Assembly (NCBI GenBank): GCA_937934305.1
Contig: CALHAG010000002.1
Span: forward strand, 13,263-77,262
Direction of reading: 5' to 3'
DNA length: 64,000 bases
From: Candidatus Caldarchaeum subterraneum
Lineage (GTDB): Archaea; Thermoproteota; Nitrososphaeria_A; Caldarchaeales; Caldarchaeaceae
The first letter of the stretch is position 1, and each line of letters begins with the position of its first letter. The notes below the pieces were generated by a model. It was given only the letters and a program-made list of their open reading frames with translations, did not search any database and was not told the origin of the DNA. The position numbers and the translations under genes are program-made. Below, piece by piece: positions 1 through 9,618 of this stretch.

Positions 1-621
1 AACCAGCTCTGCGCTCAGCTCATCATCTATTATGCATCTATACGCGTAGCCTGTTCCCGTGTAATAGATTAGGTAGAACGCAATAACTGTGACTATAAGT
101 AGAGTAGTTAACGCGATGTAGTAGTATCTCATGTAGTATGGTAGATTGTCTAAAAACAGTAGGCTAACTCCTCTTATCCTGAACCCTGTTTCTCCCCCTG
201 TCAAGTCAACGAGGCCTGTGACAAGGTTGCTGAAGACGAGTGTGATGGCGAGGGTGAAAATTCCGGTGAAGATTGCGACGAGTTTGCGTCTCACGGAGAG
301 GATGCTGACTGCCCAGCCGACGATCGCGACGACGACCGTTGATAATGCGACAGCCTCTATTGGCCCAGCTATACCGTCTCTCAGCAATATTCCCGTGACG
401 TATGCACCTATTCCTGCGAAGGCTCCTATGCTGAGGAAAAGCTGTCGAGTGAATCCGAACAGGAAGTTGAAGCTGTAGGCGAATATCGTGAAGAAAGTCA
501 TCTGTGCAAGTATGAAAACCACATAGGGCGTGTTGATGAAGGGAAGAGGTAGCGCTATGTAGATGAGGATTAAAGCAGCTAAAACATACAGCCTCGTTTT
601 TACGTATTTATCGGTCACCAT
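1..621 (-). CDS. livM: Branched-chain amino acid-type ABC transporter permease (LivM-like), 3' end outside window
   Basis: Manual translation from ATG at 621: MVTDKYVKTRLYVLAALILIYIALPLP...FAYSFNFLFGFTRQLFLSIGAFAGIGAY...LTGGETG...YRCIIDDELSAE. Overlaps livH stop; open to the window edge. Confidence 0.85.
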   Translation of the reverse strand, partial: MVTDKYVKTRLYVLAALILIYIALPLPFINTPYVVFILAQMTFFTIFAYSFNFLFGFTRQLFLSIGAFAGIGAYVTGILLRDGIAGPIEAVALSTVVVAIVGWAVSILSVRRKLVAIFTGIFTLAITLVFSNLVTGLVDLTGGETGFRIRGVSLLFLDNLPYYMRYYYIALTTLLIVTVIAFYLIYYTGTGYAYRCIIDDELSAELV

Positions 622-1487
622 CTCTCACCAAGTATTCCGTAAGGCCTTGTGAGAAGCAGCACCATGATGAGGATAAGTAGAGCCACATATGCGAGATAGG
701 TGCCCACGACGACAACAAGAAACGTGTATACAACGCCTATCACGAGCCCAGCCGCCATCGTTCCCGACACACTTCTTATTCCACCGACCACAGTCACTAG
801 CAAACCGAGTATAGTGAATTCGAGACCGCTCTCGGGAGCGACCGTAGCTATAAGGCTTCTCACGATACCCGCCATGCCAACTAAAACGGCTCCAACCATG
901 AACACAAGCAGCCTATATTTTTTTACGCTTATACCCACCAGCAAGGCTCCTGTCTCGTTTTGTGTAAGTGAACGAATCGCCCTGCCGGTCCACGTTTTCT
1001 TCAGGAATAGATATATGCCGAGAAGTATGACGGCCGATGAAACACCCGCTACTACTTGGGCTGTTCTAAACGATAAGCCGAGAAGCTCTATGTTTGGGGT
1101 TGGCATATTCAACGTCAGATAAGCAAGTGGAAAAGTGGTGATTATTCCACCATGCAGGAAAATCGAGAAAGCTAGAGTTATGTAGAGACCTAGCAACACC
1201 CTTTCCTCGCCCTCAAGCTTGTAAATAGGACTCAAGACTACACGGTCAAGAACAACCGCAACAGCAAGTGTAGCCGCGATACCTGCGATGAGCGCAAGCG
1301 GCAGCGGCAAGCCAAGCGACCCGGAAAGAACGGCTGCGGTGACTGTTGTGACAACAAGAAGCTCTCCATGCGCCAGATTGAGCACGCCCGCCAAGCCGTA
1401 TATCAGCGTCAGACCGGCTGCGATAAGGGATAGGACTAGCCCGAACACGATGCCGTCAAGAAGGTACAGAATTATAGATGCATCCAT
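615..1487 (-). CDS. livH: Branched-chain amino acid-type ABC transporter permease (LivH-like)
   Basis: GLTLIYGLAGVLNLAHGE, GRAIRSLTQNETGALLVGI and VVGGIRS motifs; hydrophobic. Confidence 0.9.
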   Translation of the reverse strand: MDASIILYLLDGIVFGLVLSLIAAGLTLIYGLAGVLNLAHGELLVVTTVTAAVLSGSLGLPLPLALIAGIAATLAVAVVLDRVVLSPIYKLEGEERVLLGLYITLAFSIFLHGGIITTFPLAYLTLNMPTPNIELLGLSFRTAQVVAGVSSAVILLGIYLFLKKTWTGRAIRSLTQNETGALLVGISVKKYRLLVFMVGAVLVGMAGIVRSLIATVAPESGLEFTILGLLVTVVGGIRSVSGTMAAGLVIGVVYTFLVVVVGTYLAYVALLILIMVLLLTRPYGILGERW

Positions 1488-2207
1488 CTACATCCCCATG
1501 TATCTTCTCAAAAAAGATTTGGAGTATACGGCTTCTTTGATGTCGCCTTCATACACGATGCGCCCGTTTGACAAAACATAGCCTCTGTCACTAAGCTGAG
1601 CGGATTGCACGGTCCGCTGCTCCACGAGCAGTATGGATAGCTCCTTCTTTGTTTCCATAAGCTTACGCATTGCTTGGAAAATGGTTTTGACAAGGAGTGG
1701 TGCCAGGCCTGTTGATGGTTCATCCAATAGAAGTAGTTTCGAATCGGTCATCAAGGCTCTGCCTATTGCAAGCATCTGCTGCTCGCCTCCGCTCATTGTG
1801 CCCGCCTTCTGAGAAGCCCGCTCCTTTAACTTCGGGAAGATGCTGTAAACTATCTCGAGGTTTTCGTCTAATTTTTGGCGGGCCCGTTTATTGAAGGCGC
1901 CGAGTATGAGGTTTTCGTGAACGGTCATCAGCGGGAAAAGCTCTTTCTCAGCCAAGGCAAGCGCCACACCTTCTTCGACAATTTTCTCCGGCGGCTTGCC
2001 GTCAATCCTTTTTCCCTCTAACAGAATTCTTCCTTTCTTGGGTTTTATGATTCCTGCGATTGTTTTTAGTAGGGTGGTTTTGCCTGCGCCGTTGGGGCCA
2101 AGCACAGCAACCACCTCTCCTTTCTCCACAGTCAGCGAAACATTCCAGAGAATCTGTATGTCACCGTACCCCGAGTCCAATCCCTCAAGCTGAAGAAGAC
2201 TCGGCAA
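1488..2207 (-). CDS. livF: ABC transporter ATP-binding protein (LivF-like)
   Basis: Walker A GPNGAGKTT, signature MSGGEQQMLAIGRAL, Walker B LLLLDEPSTGLAP. Likely start TTG 2207 (ORF track 2237). Confidence 0.92.
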   Translation of the reverse strand: MPSLLQLEGLDSGYGDIQILWNVSLTVEKGEVVAVLGPNGAGKTTLLKTIAGIIKPKKGRILLEGKRIDGKPPEKIVEEGVALALAEKELFPLMTVHENLILGAFNKRARQKLDENLEIVYSIFPKLKERASQKAGTMSGGEQQMLAIGRALMTDSKLLLLDEPSTGLAPLLVKTIFQAMRKLMETKKELSILLVEQRTVQSAQLSDRGYVLSNGRIVYEGDIKEAVYSKSFLRRYMGM

Positions 2208-2943
2208 CTTCTCTCTCACCCAGATATGCCTCAACAACTTCTTGATCCATGACGACCTCCTCGGGCCTTCCCTCAGCCAGCTTCGACCCCTGATTAAGCA
2301 CAGTCACCTTATCGGCGAGAGACGCCACCGCGCTTATCACATGCTCCACCCAGACGATGGTTAACCCATATTCTCTCCGCAAGTCTTTGAAAAGTTGTAC
2401 GGCTTCCTCGACCTCAGCCGTGTTAAGCCCGCTCATATACTCATCAACCATAAGCACCTTAGGCTTCGAGGCAAGGGCCCGAGCCAGTTCAACCTTCTTC
2501 CTCTCCTGGAGATTCAGCAAACCCGCTTTCATCTCCGACTTCTCAGCGAGACCAAGCTTGTCTAAAAGAGTTGAAACATTTTTCTCCAGCTCCGTTCTGT
2601 CAAGTCTCTCGGTAAATAGCCCGCCAGCCAAGACATTTTCCCACACAGTTAAATCCTTGAAAGGTCTTGGAATCTGCAAAGTCCTGCTTATGCCAAGTTT
2701 GAATATCTCGTGAGGAGGCTTTCCCGTGATATCTTTTCCGTCAAAGAATATTTTTCCCGACGATGGTTTGTACACGCCGTTAACAACGTTAAAGAGAGTG
2801 GTTTTTCCCGCACCATTAGGGCCGATGATGGCCCTTATTTCATTAGCCTCTATCTCGAGATTGATGTTTTTCAGAGCCGGTAATCCTCCAAAATACTTCG
2901 TAACTTCAACACATTTAATTAAGGCGGTCAACCCGTAATCCAC
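2185..2943 (-). CDS. livG: ABC transporter ATP-binding protein (LivG-like)
   Basis: FGGLPAL, GPNGAGKTT, ISRTLQIPRPF, VELARALASKPKVLMVDE, VVEAYLG. Confidence 0.92.
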   Translation of the reverse strand: MDYGLTALIKCVEVTKYFGGLPALKNINLEIEANEIRAIIGPNGAGKTTLFNVVNGVYKPSSGKIFFDGKDITGKPPHEIFKLGISRTLQIPRPFKDLTVWENVLAGGLFTERLDRTELEKNVSTLLDKLGLAEKSEMKAGLLNLQERKKVELARALASKPKVLMVDEYMSGLNTAEVEEAVQLFKDLRREYGLTIVWVEHVISAVASLADKVTVLNQGSKLAEGRPEEVVMDQEVVEAYLGEREVAESSSA

Positions 2944-2969
2944 TCCAATATAGAAAAATAAAAGGATGG

Positions 2970-4187
2970 TTACTTTTCGGGTACGTACGGCTGGACAGGC
3001 GGCGAGACGTAGAGTGTTTCGATTACCCAGTTGGCGCCGGGGTTGATGTTTCCTGGGTTACCTTGCTTGATTACAGCGAGTCTCATCGCAGGTTTCTTTA
3101 TCTCACCCCACTCGGTGTAGGAGAGAGGCCAAGCAAATATTGGCGAGTTGTATTCGCTTGTCCGAATGTGGTTGGCTACGGTGACAGGGTCAACTGACTT
3201 GGTCTTCTCAACCGCGTCAGCTATCATCATGACTGTTACATAGCCCGTGACAGCGTTGTGGTCAAAGAATTTTCCATATTTTTGATAGAATTTTTCGGCT
3301 AGCTGCCTGTACTCGGGTGCCTCCGAGTTGACGCACGTGGTTGTCACGAGTTTGCCGAGGCCGATGTCGCCTACACCTCTCAGCATCAGCTCAGGAGGCT
3401 GCACCGATGCGATGTAGTACGCGGACTGGAAACCGAGCTCGATGGCCTGTTTAGTGATTGTTGGGAAGCCTGGCGGATGTCCGGTGAGTATCATCACCTC
3501 TGGTTGAAGAGGCTGGAGCTTGCGCAGAACCGTTGTAAAGTCTGTTTCACCCAGAGGCGTCTCCTCAATCTGGTACTGTACACCCTGTAGCTGTTTCAGC
3601 CTTTGGTCCAAGACGTCTCTGATAGCGAATCCCCATTCATAGCTGGCTATCACTACTCCAACACGTTTGTATCCTTTGTCGCGTACAAAGTTCGCCAAGA
3701 GCTCACCGTTGGTGGGTGCGGGTGGAAGACAGGTTCTGAAGGTGTATCGCGACTCCTTGGTCAATATTGTGTGGGAGCCTGCCGCCACGAGGAATAGCGG
3801 CACTTTAGCCTGCTCAGCTTCGGCGGAAAGAACCGCGCCAATTCCGCTGGAAATTGTTCCGACAACCGCTGTCACCCTGTCAACCTCAGCCATTCTCTTA
3901 AAGATGGCCACAGCCTCTTTGGCGTCGTTCTTCTCATCAGCCTCCACAAGGACAACACGGGCGCCGAGAACACCTCCTCGGGCGTTTATCTCTTCGACAG
4001 CAAACCTCATGCCATCAAGGGTATAGGCGCCGTAAACAGCGAAAGGCCCCGTCAAAGGAACCAATGCACCGATTTTAACCTCTGACACACCGAGACTCTG
4101 CTGAGATAGAAAGAGAAAGCCCGCAGAAGCCGCGACAGCAGCGACAACAATCACCGCAACAATAGCGACCAATACGGACCTTTTCAC
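2970..4187 (-). CDS. ABC transporter substrate-binding protein (LivJ/K, periplasmic binding protein type 1) with N-terminal membrane anchor
   Basis: Hydrophobic N-terminus; KIGALVPLTGPFAVYG, AVEEINARGGVLG, YTFRT. Confidence 0.9.
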   Translation of the reverse strand: MKRSVLVAIVAVIVVAAVAASAGFLFLSQQSLGVSEVKIGALVPLTGPFAVYGAYTLDGMRFAVEEINARGGVLGARVVLVEADEKNDAKEAVAIFKRMAEVDRVTAVVGTISSGIGAVLSAEAEQAKVPLFLVAAGSHTILTKESRYTFRTCLPPAPTNGELLANFVRDKGYKRVGVVIASYEWGFAIRDVLDQRLKQLQGVQYQIEETPLGETDFTTVLRKLQPLQPEVMILTGHPPGFPTITKQAIELGFQSAYYIASVQPPELMLRGVGDIGLGKLVTTTCVNSEAPEYRQLAEKFYQKYGKFFDHNAVTGYVTVMMIADAVEKTKSVDPVTVANHIRTSEYNSPIFAWPLSYTEWGEIKKPAMRLAVIKQGNPGNINPGANWVIETLYVSPPVQPYVPEK

Positions 4188-4219
4188 AGCGGCATCACCT
4201 AAAACCCCGACATTTAAGT

Positions 4220-5206
4220 CTATACATTATCTACAAGGGGCAGAAGCTCATCGGTGATTTTACGCAGCTGACTCTCCTCATAGGTCACAGGGTTGAGGAC
4301 AATCCAGTCAACTCCTTCGAGAGACCTTATCCGGTTCTTTATTTTTTCAGCCAACTCCTCGACGGTGCCGTATAGGTAGAAGTTTCTCCAATAATCTAGG
4401 TTCATACCCGAGTAGAGTGAGAAACGTTTGACTGCTTCTTCATCTCCTTCGCCGGGGCTTTTGATGTAGACAAAGTTTGAGTATACTTTCTGGATTTTGT
4501 ATGGGTCGCGACCGAGCTCTGTAGCGTATTTCTTGACCTTCTCCCAGTCCTGTCTAGCCATCTCCGGTGTAGAGCTTGAATGTGGTATCCAGCCATCGGC
4601 GAATTTTGCGACACGATACAGTACCCTGTCTATGCCTTTGGCCGCGGCTCCGTATAGTATTTCATGAGGCTGGCTGCCTCCCCCAATCCAAATAGGTGGA
4701 TGAGGTTTTTGGAGAGGCTTCGGCTCCAGAACCAAGTCCCTCACGTTGAAGAACCTGCCCTCGAAGGTTATTTTATCCTCTGTCCACAGCTTCTTCAGAA
4801 GAACAAGATATTCATCCATTATTGCGCCCCGTTTCTCCAGCGGCGTATTCAAAAGCCTGAATTCGTCAGGGTTCCACCCAACCCCCGCCCCGAGAACAAA
4901 ACGACCCCCAGAGTATACATCCAGAGAAGCCAGCTGTTTCGCTAATAGGTACGGGTTTCTGAACGGTAGCACAAGTATCATGGGGCCTATGACTGCTTTC
5001 TTGGTTGCGGCGCCTATGAAAGAGAGAGCTATCAAGGGGTCGTGCCAGCTTGTCGAGTAAGCAGGCCTCGATGTGAGGAGATGATCAATCACGAAGAAAC
5101 CTTCAACGCCTAGCTCCTCAGCCTTCGCTACATAATTTTTCAGAGTCTCAAAGGAAGAGAATTCGCCGGGCCTCGCGTATGTGGGTAGTCTTAGACCGAG
5201 CTTCAT
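4220..5206 (-). CDS. LLM-class (luciferase-like) oxidoreductase, probably F420- or flavin-dependent
   Basis: AEELG...IDHL, NPYLLAKQLASLDVYSGGRFVLGAGVGW, PKPLQKPHPPIWIGG, ADGW. Confidence 0.88.
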   Translation of the reverse strand: MKLGLRLPTYARPGEFSSFETLKNYVAKAEELGVEGFFVIDHLLTSRPAYSTSWHDPLIALSFIGAATKKAVIGPMILVLPFRNPYLLAKQLASLDVYSGGRFVLGAGVGWNPDEFRLLNTPLEKRGAIMDEYLVLLKKLWTEDKITFEGRFFNVRDLVLEPKPLQKPHPPIWIGGGSQPHEILYGAAAKGIDRVLYRVAKFADGWIPHSSSTPEMARQDWEKVKKYATELGRDPYKIQKVYSNFVYIKSPGEGDEEAVKRFSLYSGMNLDYWRNFYLYGTVEELAEKIKNRIRSLEGVDWIVLNPVTYEESQLRKITDELLPLVDNV

Positions 5207-6390
5207 CAGTGACCAGCCTCCGGTAACTTTGCTGAGCCTTCTGTCTTGATTGAGCGGGTTGGGGGCGGAGTCATTCTGCTGCGTCCCACCCGTGGAAGAC
5301 CGTCAATCATAACCATTGCTATGCCTGGAATATCGCCGACTGAAAAAGCTTCAACAGCATCCTTCGCCACTGAGCCGTATGGAGCGTCGATGACCACGAG
5401 GTCGGCAGGCCTACCTGTCTCAATAATTCCCTCTCTAAGACCGAAAACTCTCGCCGTGTTGCCTGACGCGGCACAAACAACTCTCTCAGCCTCTACATCT
5501 GTGTTAGACGCTATGAAGGATATTGTTCTGATTATTCCTAGGGGGATGACGCCTGTTCCAGAGGGAGCGTCGTTACCTATTATAAGTCTATGAAGCTCGT
5601 TTCTCTGCTTGAGAATCTTGACGGTCTCCAGCATTGAGCGGAAGTTTCCGCATTGAACTACCTCGATGGCGGAGTTGAGGTTTTCAATAATTTTTCTGAT
5701 GTCCTGTAGAGATGGCGAAGTTGGGCCGCCGTTTATGTGTGACACGACATCTGGCCTGACTTTGAGAACTACTTCTGCGTTGTTTATTGTGCTTCCAGGA
5801 ATAGACGCGCCACCTGTATGGATGACGACCTTCATACCGTGTTTCTGCGCTGTCCGCACCATGGCAGCTGCCTCATCAGGGTCCTGCACGCTTCCGAGAC
5901 CCACCTCACCGACAAGCCATACCCCCGCCCTAACAACTTCTTCAAAATCTGACTCAGTCATCCCCTTCTCGAGTAAAAGGGCACCAGCATGTATCTTGGC
6001 GCCCAGCGGATGAATGTTTTTGAATGATTTGTGTGCGATGATTGCGAGAGCCTTTGATGCTTCTTTGTCACCTCTCGGCCTTCCGGGTAGATGCACCTCG
6101 CCTGCTGAAATAAATGTCGTTACACCTCCGTGGACTGAGGATTCTATGAAGCCGAGTGTGTTCTGCCGTGGTGTGAAGTCTCCGAAAACTGGGTGGACGT
6201 GTGAATCAAAAAGGCCCGGCATCACTGTCATGTTGTTGACGTCGAAGACACCGTCCGCAGGCCGTGAGATGTTCCAACCCACTTCCTCAATCACTCCGTC
6301 CTTGATGTAAATGCTGTTACCCTCGGCCACTGGCTTGTTGATGTCTCCTGACAGTATTTTTCCAGCATTTTTAATTATGTATGAAGGCAT
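5206..6390 (-). CDS. Enamidase-like binuclear amidohydrolase
   Basis: PGLFDSHVH, GDFTPRQ, HGGVTT, HLPGRP, GEVGLG, HTGGASIPGS, SHINGGPT, VQCGN, GNDAPSGTGVIPLG, GDIPGI, SRMTPP. Closely follows the Eubacterium barkeri enamidase sequence as recalled. Confidence 0.82.
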   Translation of the reverse strand: MPSYIIKNAGKILSGDINKPVAEGNSIYIKDGVIEEVGWNISRPADGVFDVNNMTVMPGLFDSHVHPVFGDFTPRQNTLGFIESSVHGGVTTFISAGEVHLPGRPRGDKEASKALAIIAHKSFKNIHPLGAKIHAGALLLEKGMTESDFEEVVRAGVWLVGEVGLGSVQDPDEAAAMVRTAQKHGMKVVIHTGGASIPGSTINNAEVVLKVRPDVVSHINGGPTSPSLQDIRKIIENLNSAIEVVQCGNFRSMLETVKILKQRNELHRLIIGNDAPSGTGVIPLGIIRTISFIASNTDVEAERVVCAASGNTARVFGLREGIIETGRPADLVVIDAPYGSVAKDAVEAFSVGDIPGIAMVMIDGLPRVGRSRMTPPPTRSIKTEGSAKLPEAGH

Positions 6391-6414
6391 GTACCTCTGT
6401 GATTTTTGGAGGGT

Positions 6415-8724
6415 TTAAAGTCTTTGTCTATGAATCGCTGTCCAGAGCTGTCCCGGCGATAGGTGGGAGCGGGTTAGCCTTGTTTTGGTTGCGTCTTCCA
6501 AGGCGTTAACTATGGCGGCTGCCACCGGTATGAGCGGGCCTTCTCCCATGCCTTTGGAGCCGAGCTCCGAGAACAAAGACGGCGTCTCTATGTGGTCTAT
6601 GATAATTTCAGGTGTCTCCATGGCGGTTGGAAGCAGATAGTCGCTGAAGTGAGAGGTCAAAAGCTGGCCGTTTTCATCATAGACAAGCTCCTCGTAGAGA
6701 GTTGCTCCAATTCCCTGCAATACCCCTCCCAGTATCTGGCCATCGACAATTTTCTTGTTCAATATTTTTCCACAGTCATGGACGGCGACATATCTCAGAA
6801 TTTTTACCTCCCCTGTCTCTCTGTCGACCCTCACGACAGCAACATGGGCAGAGTTTCCATATGTGGCTGACATGTTGATTTTACCGGGTTCACCTGTGTT
6901 GAATGTCGGAAACTCATAGAAATATTCTGCTTGAAGGCTTGTGTGTTTGCCGTTAATCGTTAGAGAGTTGCGGTAAGCTATTGCGGCGATTTTCTCCAGC
7001 GATATGGAGACCTCCGAACCTTTTACCGATATTTTTCCATCACGTATCTCAAGGTCATCTGTTGATGTCTCGAGGATTTCGGCCGCTATCTCGAGGATTC
7101 TCTGTTTTAGTGTTTCGCATGATTTTTTGACGGCGGCCACTGTCATGACGCTGAATCTGCTTGCCCAAGTGCCGCCGTATGGGCTTGGGTACACAAAGTC
7201 GGTGTCGCCGAATATTACACGCACCTGTTCAGGCTTAACACCTAGAAGCTCGGAAACAAGTTCTGTAAGCACTGTTGCGTGTCCCTGCCCCTGTGGAATA
7301 GAGGCGGCATAAACAGTTATGGTGCCCGACTCCTCAAGCCTAACCACCGCACCCTCTCCTGAACCTGATGACTCGAACTCTGGGAATAGCAGCTTGTTTC
7401 GAGCTAGATTGGTGACTGCAGGCTCTACAACGCATGCGACTCCAACACCAACGTCCCCCTCATCTAGAAATTTTTCAGCCTGTGAAAGCCGCCATGCCTT
7501 GAGTAATGTGGCTTTATAGTCACCGCCGTCGTAGAGGCTTCCGAAAACAGTGCGGTAGGGCTGCTTCTCTTTTTCCACCATGTTTTTGAGACGTATCTCA
7601 ACTGGTGTCAACCCGAGCTCGCGAGCCGCGATGTCCATCATACGTTCTAAGACGAAGTAGGCCTGTTGGCATCCATAGCCTCGCACCGGGCCAGTGGGAC
7701 ATTTGTTTGTTAAGACAACCTTGAACTCGACATCGACGTTTTGTATGTCGTAGCATCCTAAGTAGGTCATTAGGGAACGCACAGTTCCACCCGGGTCTGG
7801 AAGCCGAGCATAGGCACCCACATCTTCTATGAAGCTTGTCCGGTAACCCGTCACCCGTCCGTCTTTTCTCAAAGCCATCTCAGCAACGGTGACCCTGTTT
7901 GAATTATGAGCCATCGCTGTCAAGTGTTCCCGACGTGTTTCCACCCATTTGACGGGTTTTCCGAGCTTGAGTGCGGCATAGCAGGTTAGGAAAACAATGG
8001 GGTAAAGCATTATTTTTACCCCGAATCCTCCTCCTATGTCGTGTTCGATGAACCGTAGTTTCTCCGGCTGAATTCCAAGTGATTGTGCGATGGATTTTTT
8101 GAAGAGCTGAGGGGTCTGCTGGTTGTCGTAAACGGTTAGTGAGCCGCCCTTGTCCGGGACCGCTACAACTCCGCATGTCTCTATAGGAGCCGCTGCGTAT
8201 CTGTCGAAATAGAACTTTTCTTTCACGACAGTGTCGGCTTCGGCGAACATTTTCTCTACTTCTCCAAAAACGAGTCGGCGGCTCAGAGCCACGTTTGAGC
8301 CTAGGTTTTCATGCACGAGGTTGGAGGAGTTCACCGCCTCCTCAGGGTCGACAATTGGTGGTAGCGGCTCGTAATCGATGTACACCTCCTCAGAAGCGTC
8401 GAGAGCATCTCCAAGAGTCTCGGCAGCAACCATGGCAACGGGTTCGCCGAAAAACCTTGCTTTCCCAACAGCAATTCCATAATATGGCACATCCCTAATC
8501 AGAGTATACAGCGGCTTAGTCTCATTTGCCACCGTTTTACCGTCGATAACCGCGACAGCCTTCTTGAGCGCATCACTGCTGTTTATCGATTTTATTTTTG
8601 CATGTCCATATGGGCTTCGGACAAAAACGAGATGAAGCATCTTGGGGAAAATGAGGTCATCTATGAATTGGCCTTCTCCACGCAGAAGACGCGGGTCTTC
8701 CACCCTTTTTTGCAGCTTCAACAA
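6415..8724 (-). CDS. Xanthine dehydrogenase family molybdopterin-binding large subunit (CoxL/CutL/KdhL-like; not form I CODH)
   Basis: RVEDPRLLRGEG, RSPYGHAKI, GGGFGVK, GPVRGYG, QGQGHAT, TWASR, DCGKILN, GQILGG, SKGMGEG. No AYxCSFR motif. Confidence 0.9.
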   Translation of the reverse strand: MLKLQKRVEDPRLLRGEGQFIDDLIFPKMLHLVFVRSPYGHAKIKSINSSDALKKAVAVIDGKTVANETKPLYTLIRDVPYYGIAVGKARFFGEPVAMVAAETLGDALDASEEVYIDYEPLPPIVDPEEAVNSSNLVHENLGSNVALSRRLVFGEVEKMFAEADTVVKEKFYFDRYAAAPIETCGVVAVPDKGGSLTVYDNQQTPQLFKKSIAQSLGIQPEKLRFIEHDIGGGFGVKIMLYPIVFLTCYAALKLGKPVKWVETRREHLTAMAHNSNRVTVAEMALRKDGRVTGYRTSFIEDVGAYARLPDPGGTVRSLMTYLGCYDIQNVDVEFKVVLTNKCPTGPVRGYGCQQAYFVLERMMDIAARELGLTPVEIRLKNMVEKEKQPYRTVFGSLYDGGDYKATLLKAWRLSQAEKFLDEGDVGVGVACVVEPAVTNLARNKLLFPEFESSGSGEGAVVRLEESGTITVYAASIPQGQGHATVLTELVSELLGVKPEQVRVIFGDTDFVYPSPYGGTWASRFSVMTVAAVKKSCETLKQRILEIAAEILETSTDDLEIRDGKISVKGSEVSISLEKIAAIAYRNSLTINGKHTSLQAEYFYEFPTFNTGEPGKINMSATYGNSAHVAVVRVDRETGEVKILRYVAVHDCGKILNKKIVDGQILGGVLQGIGATLYEELVYDENGQLLTSHFSDYLLPTAMETPEIIIDHIETPSLFSELGSKGMGEGPLIPVAAAIVNALEDATKTRLTRSHLSPGQLWTAIHRQRL

Positions 8725-8829
8725 GGGTTGGGTTTGATGGGGTGAATTTTAAACTGTTTCAAAGATTGGTTGGCGGTGTTCGTGTTTCTGGACTTATTAT
8801 CTCGGGGCTGGATGTATGGCTGAGGAAAA

Positions 8830-9579
8830 ATGGACAAAAGCGCGTATGCGTTGGTTAGTGTTTCGGTGACGGCTGCGGTTTTAGCGGTTGCGCTGGCTGC
8901 GGTGACTTTGATGAGCGGCTCGACTCCGCAGATGTTGAACAACATGGCTGATGAGAGCCTGGTTTCTTCGACGTTGTCGGTGACTGGCACGGCTCAAACC
9001 ACTTTGGTGCCCGATACTTTGGTTGTTACCTTCGTTGTGCAGGAGAAGGCTGCCACATCTTCCGAGGCTTTGGCAAAGCTTTCAGAAAAAGCCAACAGGG
9101 TGGTTTCAGCGGTTCTCGGCCTCGGCATAAGCTCGGAGGACATAAAGACAACAGGTGTCAGCATCCATCCCGAATACATTTACCCTGACAAGGAGCCCCC
9201 GCGTCTAATAGGATACGTGGCCACATACAGCATAGAGGTGAGGACAAAGCGTGTCGCCGACGCAGGAACCTTGATAGACACCGCCGTGAACGCTGGAGCC
9301 GACCAAGTATCTGGGCTGTATTTCACGGTTTCGCCTGAGCAGTATGGCACTGTGTATAGACAGCTTCTTTCAGCGGCTGTCGGGGACGCCGATGCCAAGG
9401 CCGAGTCGGTTCTTCGCCCGCTTAACCTGAGGAAAACAGGCGTCAAATCCGTGTCGGTAATTGATGTGCAGCCCGTCTATCCTGCTCGCGGAGCCGTCGA
9501 AGCATCCTCAGGACCGCCGATATTGACTGGGACAACTACTCTTACGGTGTCGGTGAACGTCGTCTACACAATAGGCTAA
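8830..9579 (+). CDS. SIMPL/DUF541 domain protein with N-terminal membrane anchor
   Basis: LSVTGTA...PD, IKTTGVSIHPEY, LIDTAVNAGADQVSGLYF, VSVNVVY. Confidence 0.85.
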   Translation: MDKSAYALVSVSVTAAVLAVALAAVTLMSGSTPQMLNNMADESLVSSTLSVTGTAQTTLVPDTLVVTFVVQEKAATSSEALAKLSEKANRVVSAVLGLGISSEDIKTTGVSIHPEYIYPDKEPPRLIGYVATYSIEVRTKRVADAGTLIDTAVNAGADQVSGLYFTVSPEQYGTVYRQLLSAAVGDADAKAESVLRPLNLRKTGVKSVSVIDVQPVYPARGAVEASSGPPILTGTTTLTVSVNVVYTIG

Positions 9580-9618
9580 ACACTCTATCTTTTTTTCCTA
9601 CTTTTTATCTCCTGATGC

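Noticed and set aside
6415-8724. Aerobic CO dehydrogenase (form I CoxL)
   Set aside because: Lacks the AYxCSFR copper-binding loop and adjacent coxM/coxS genes.
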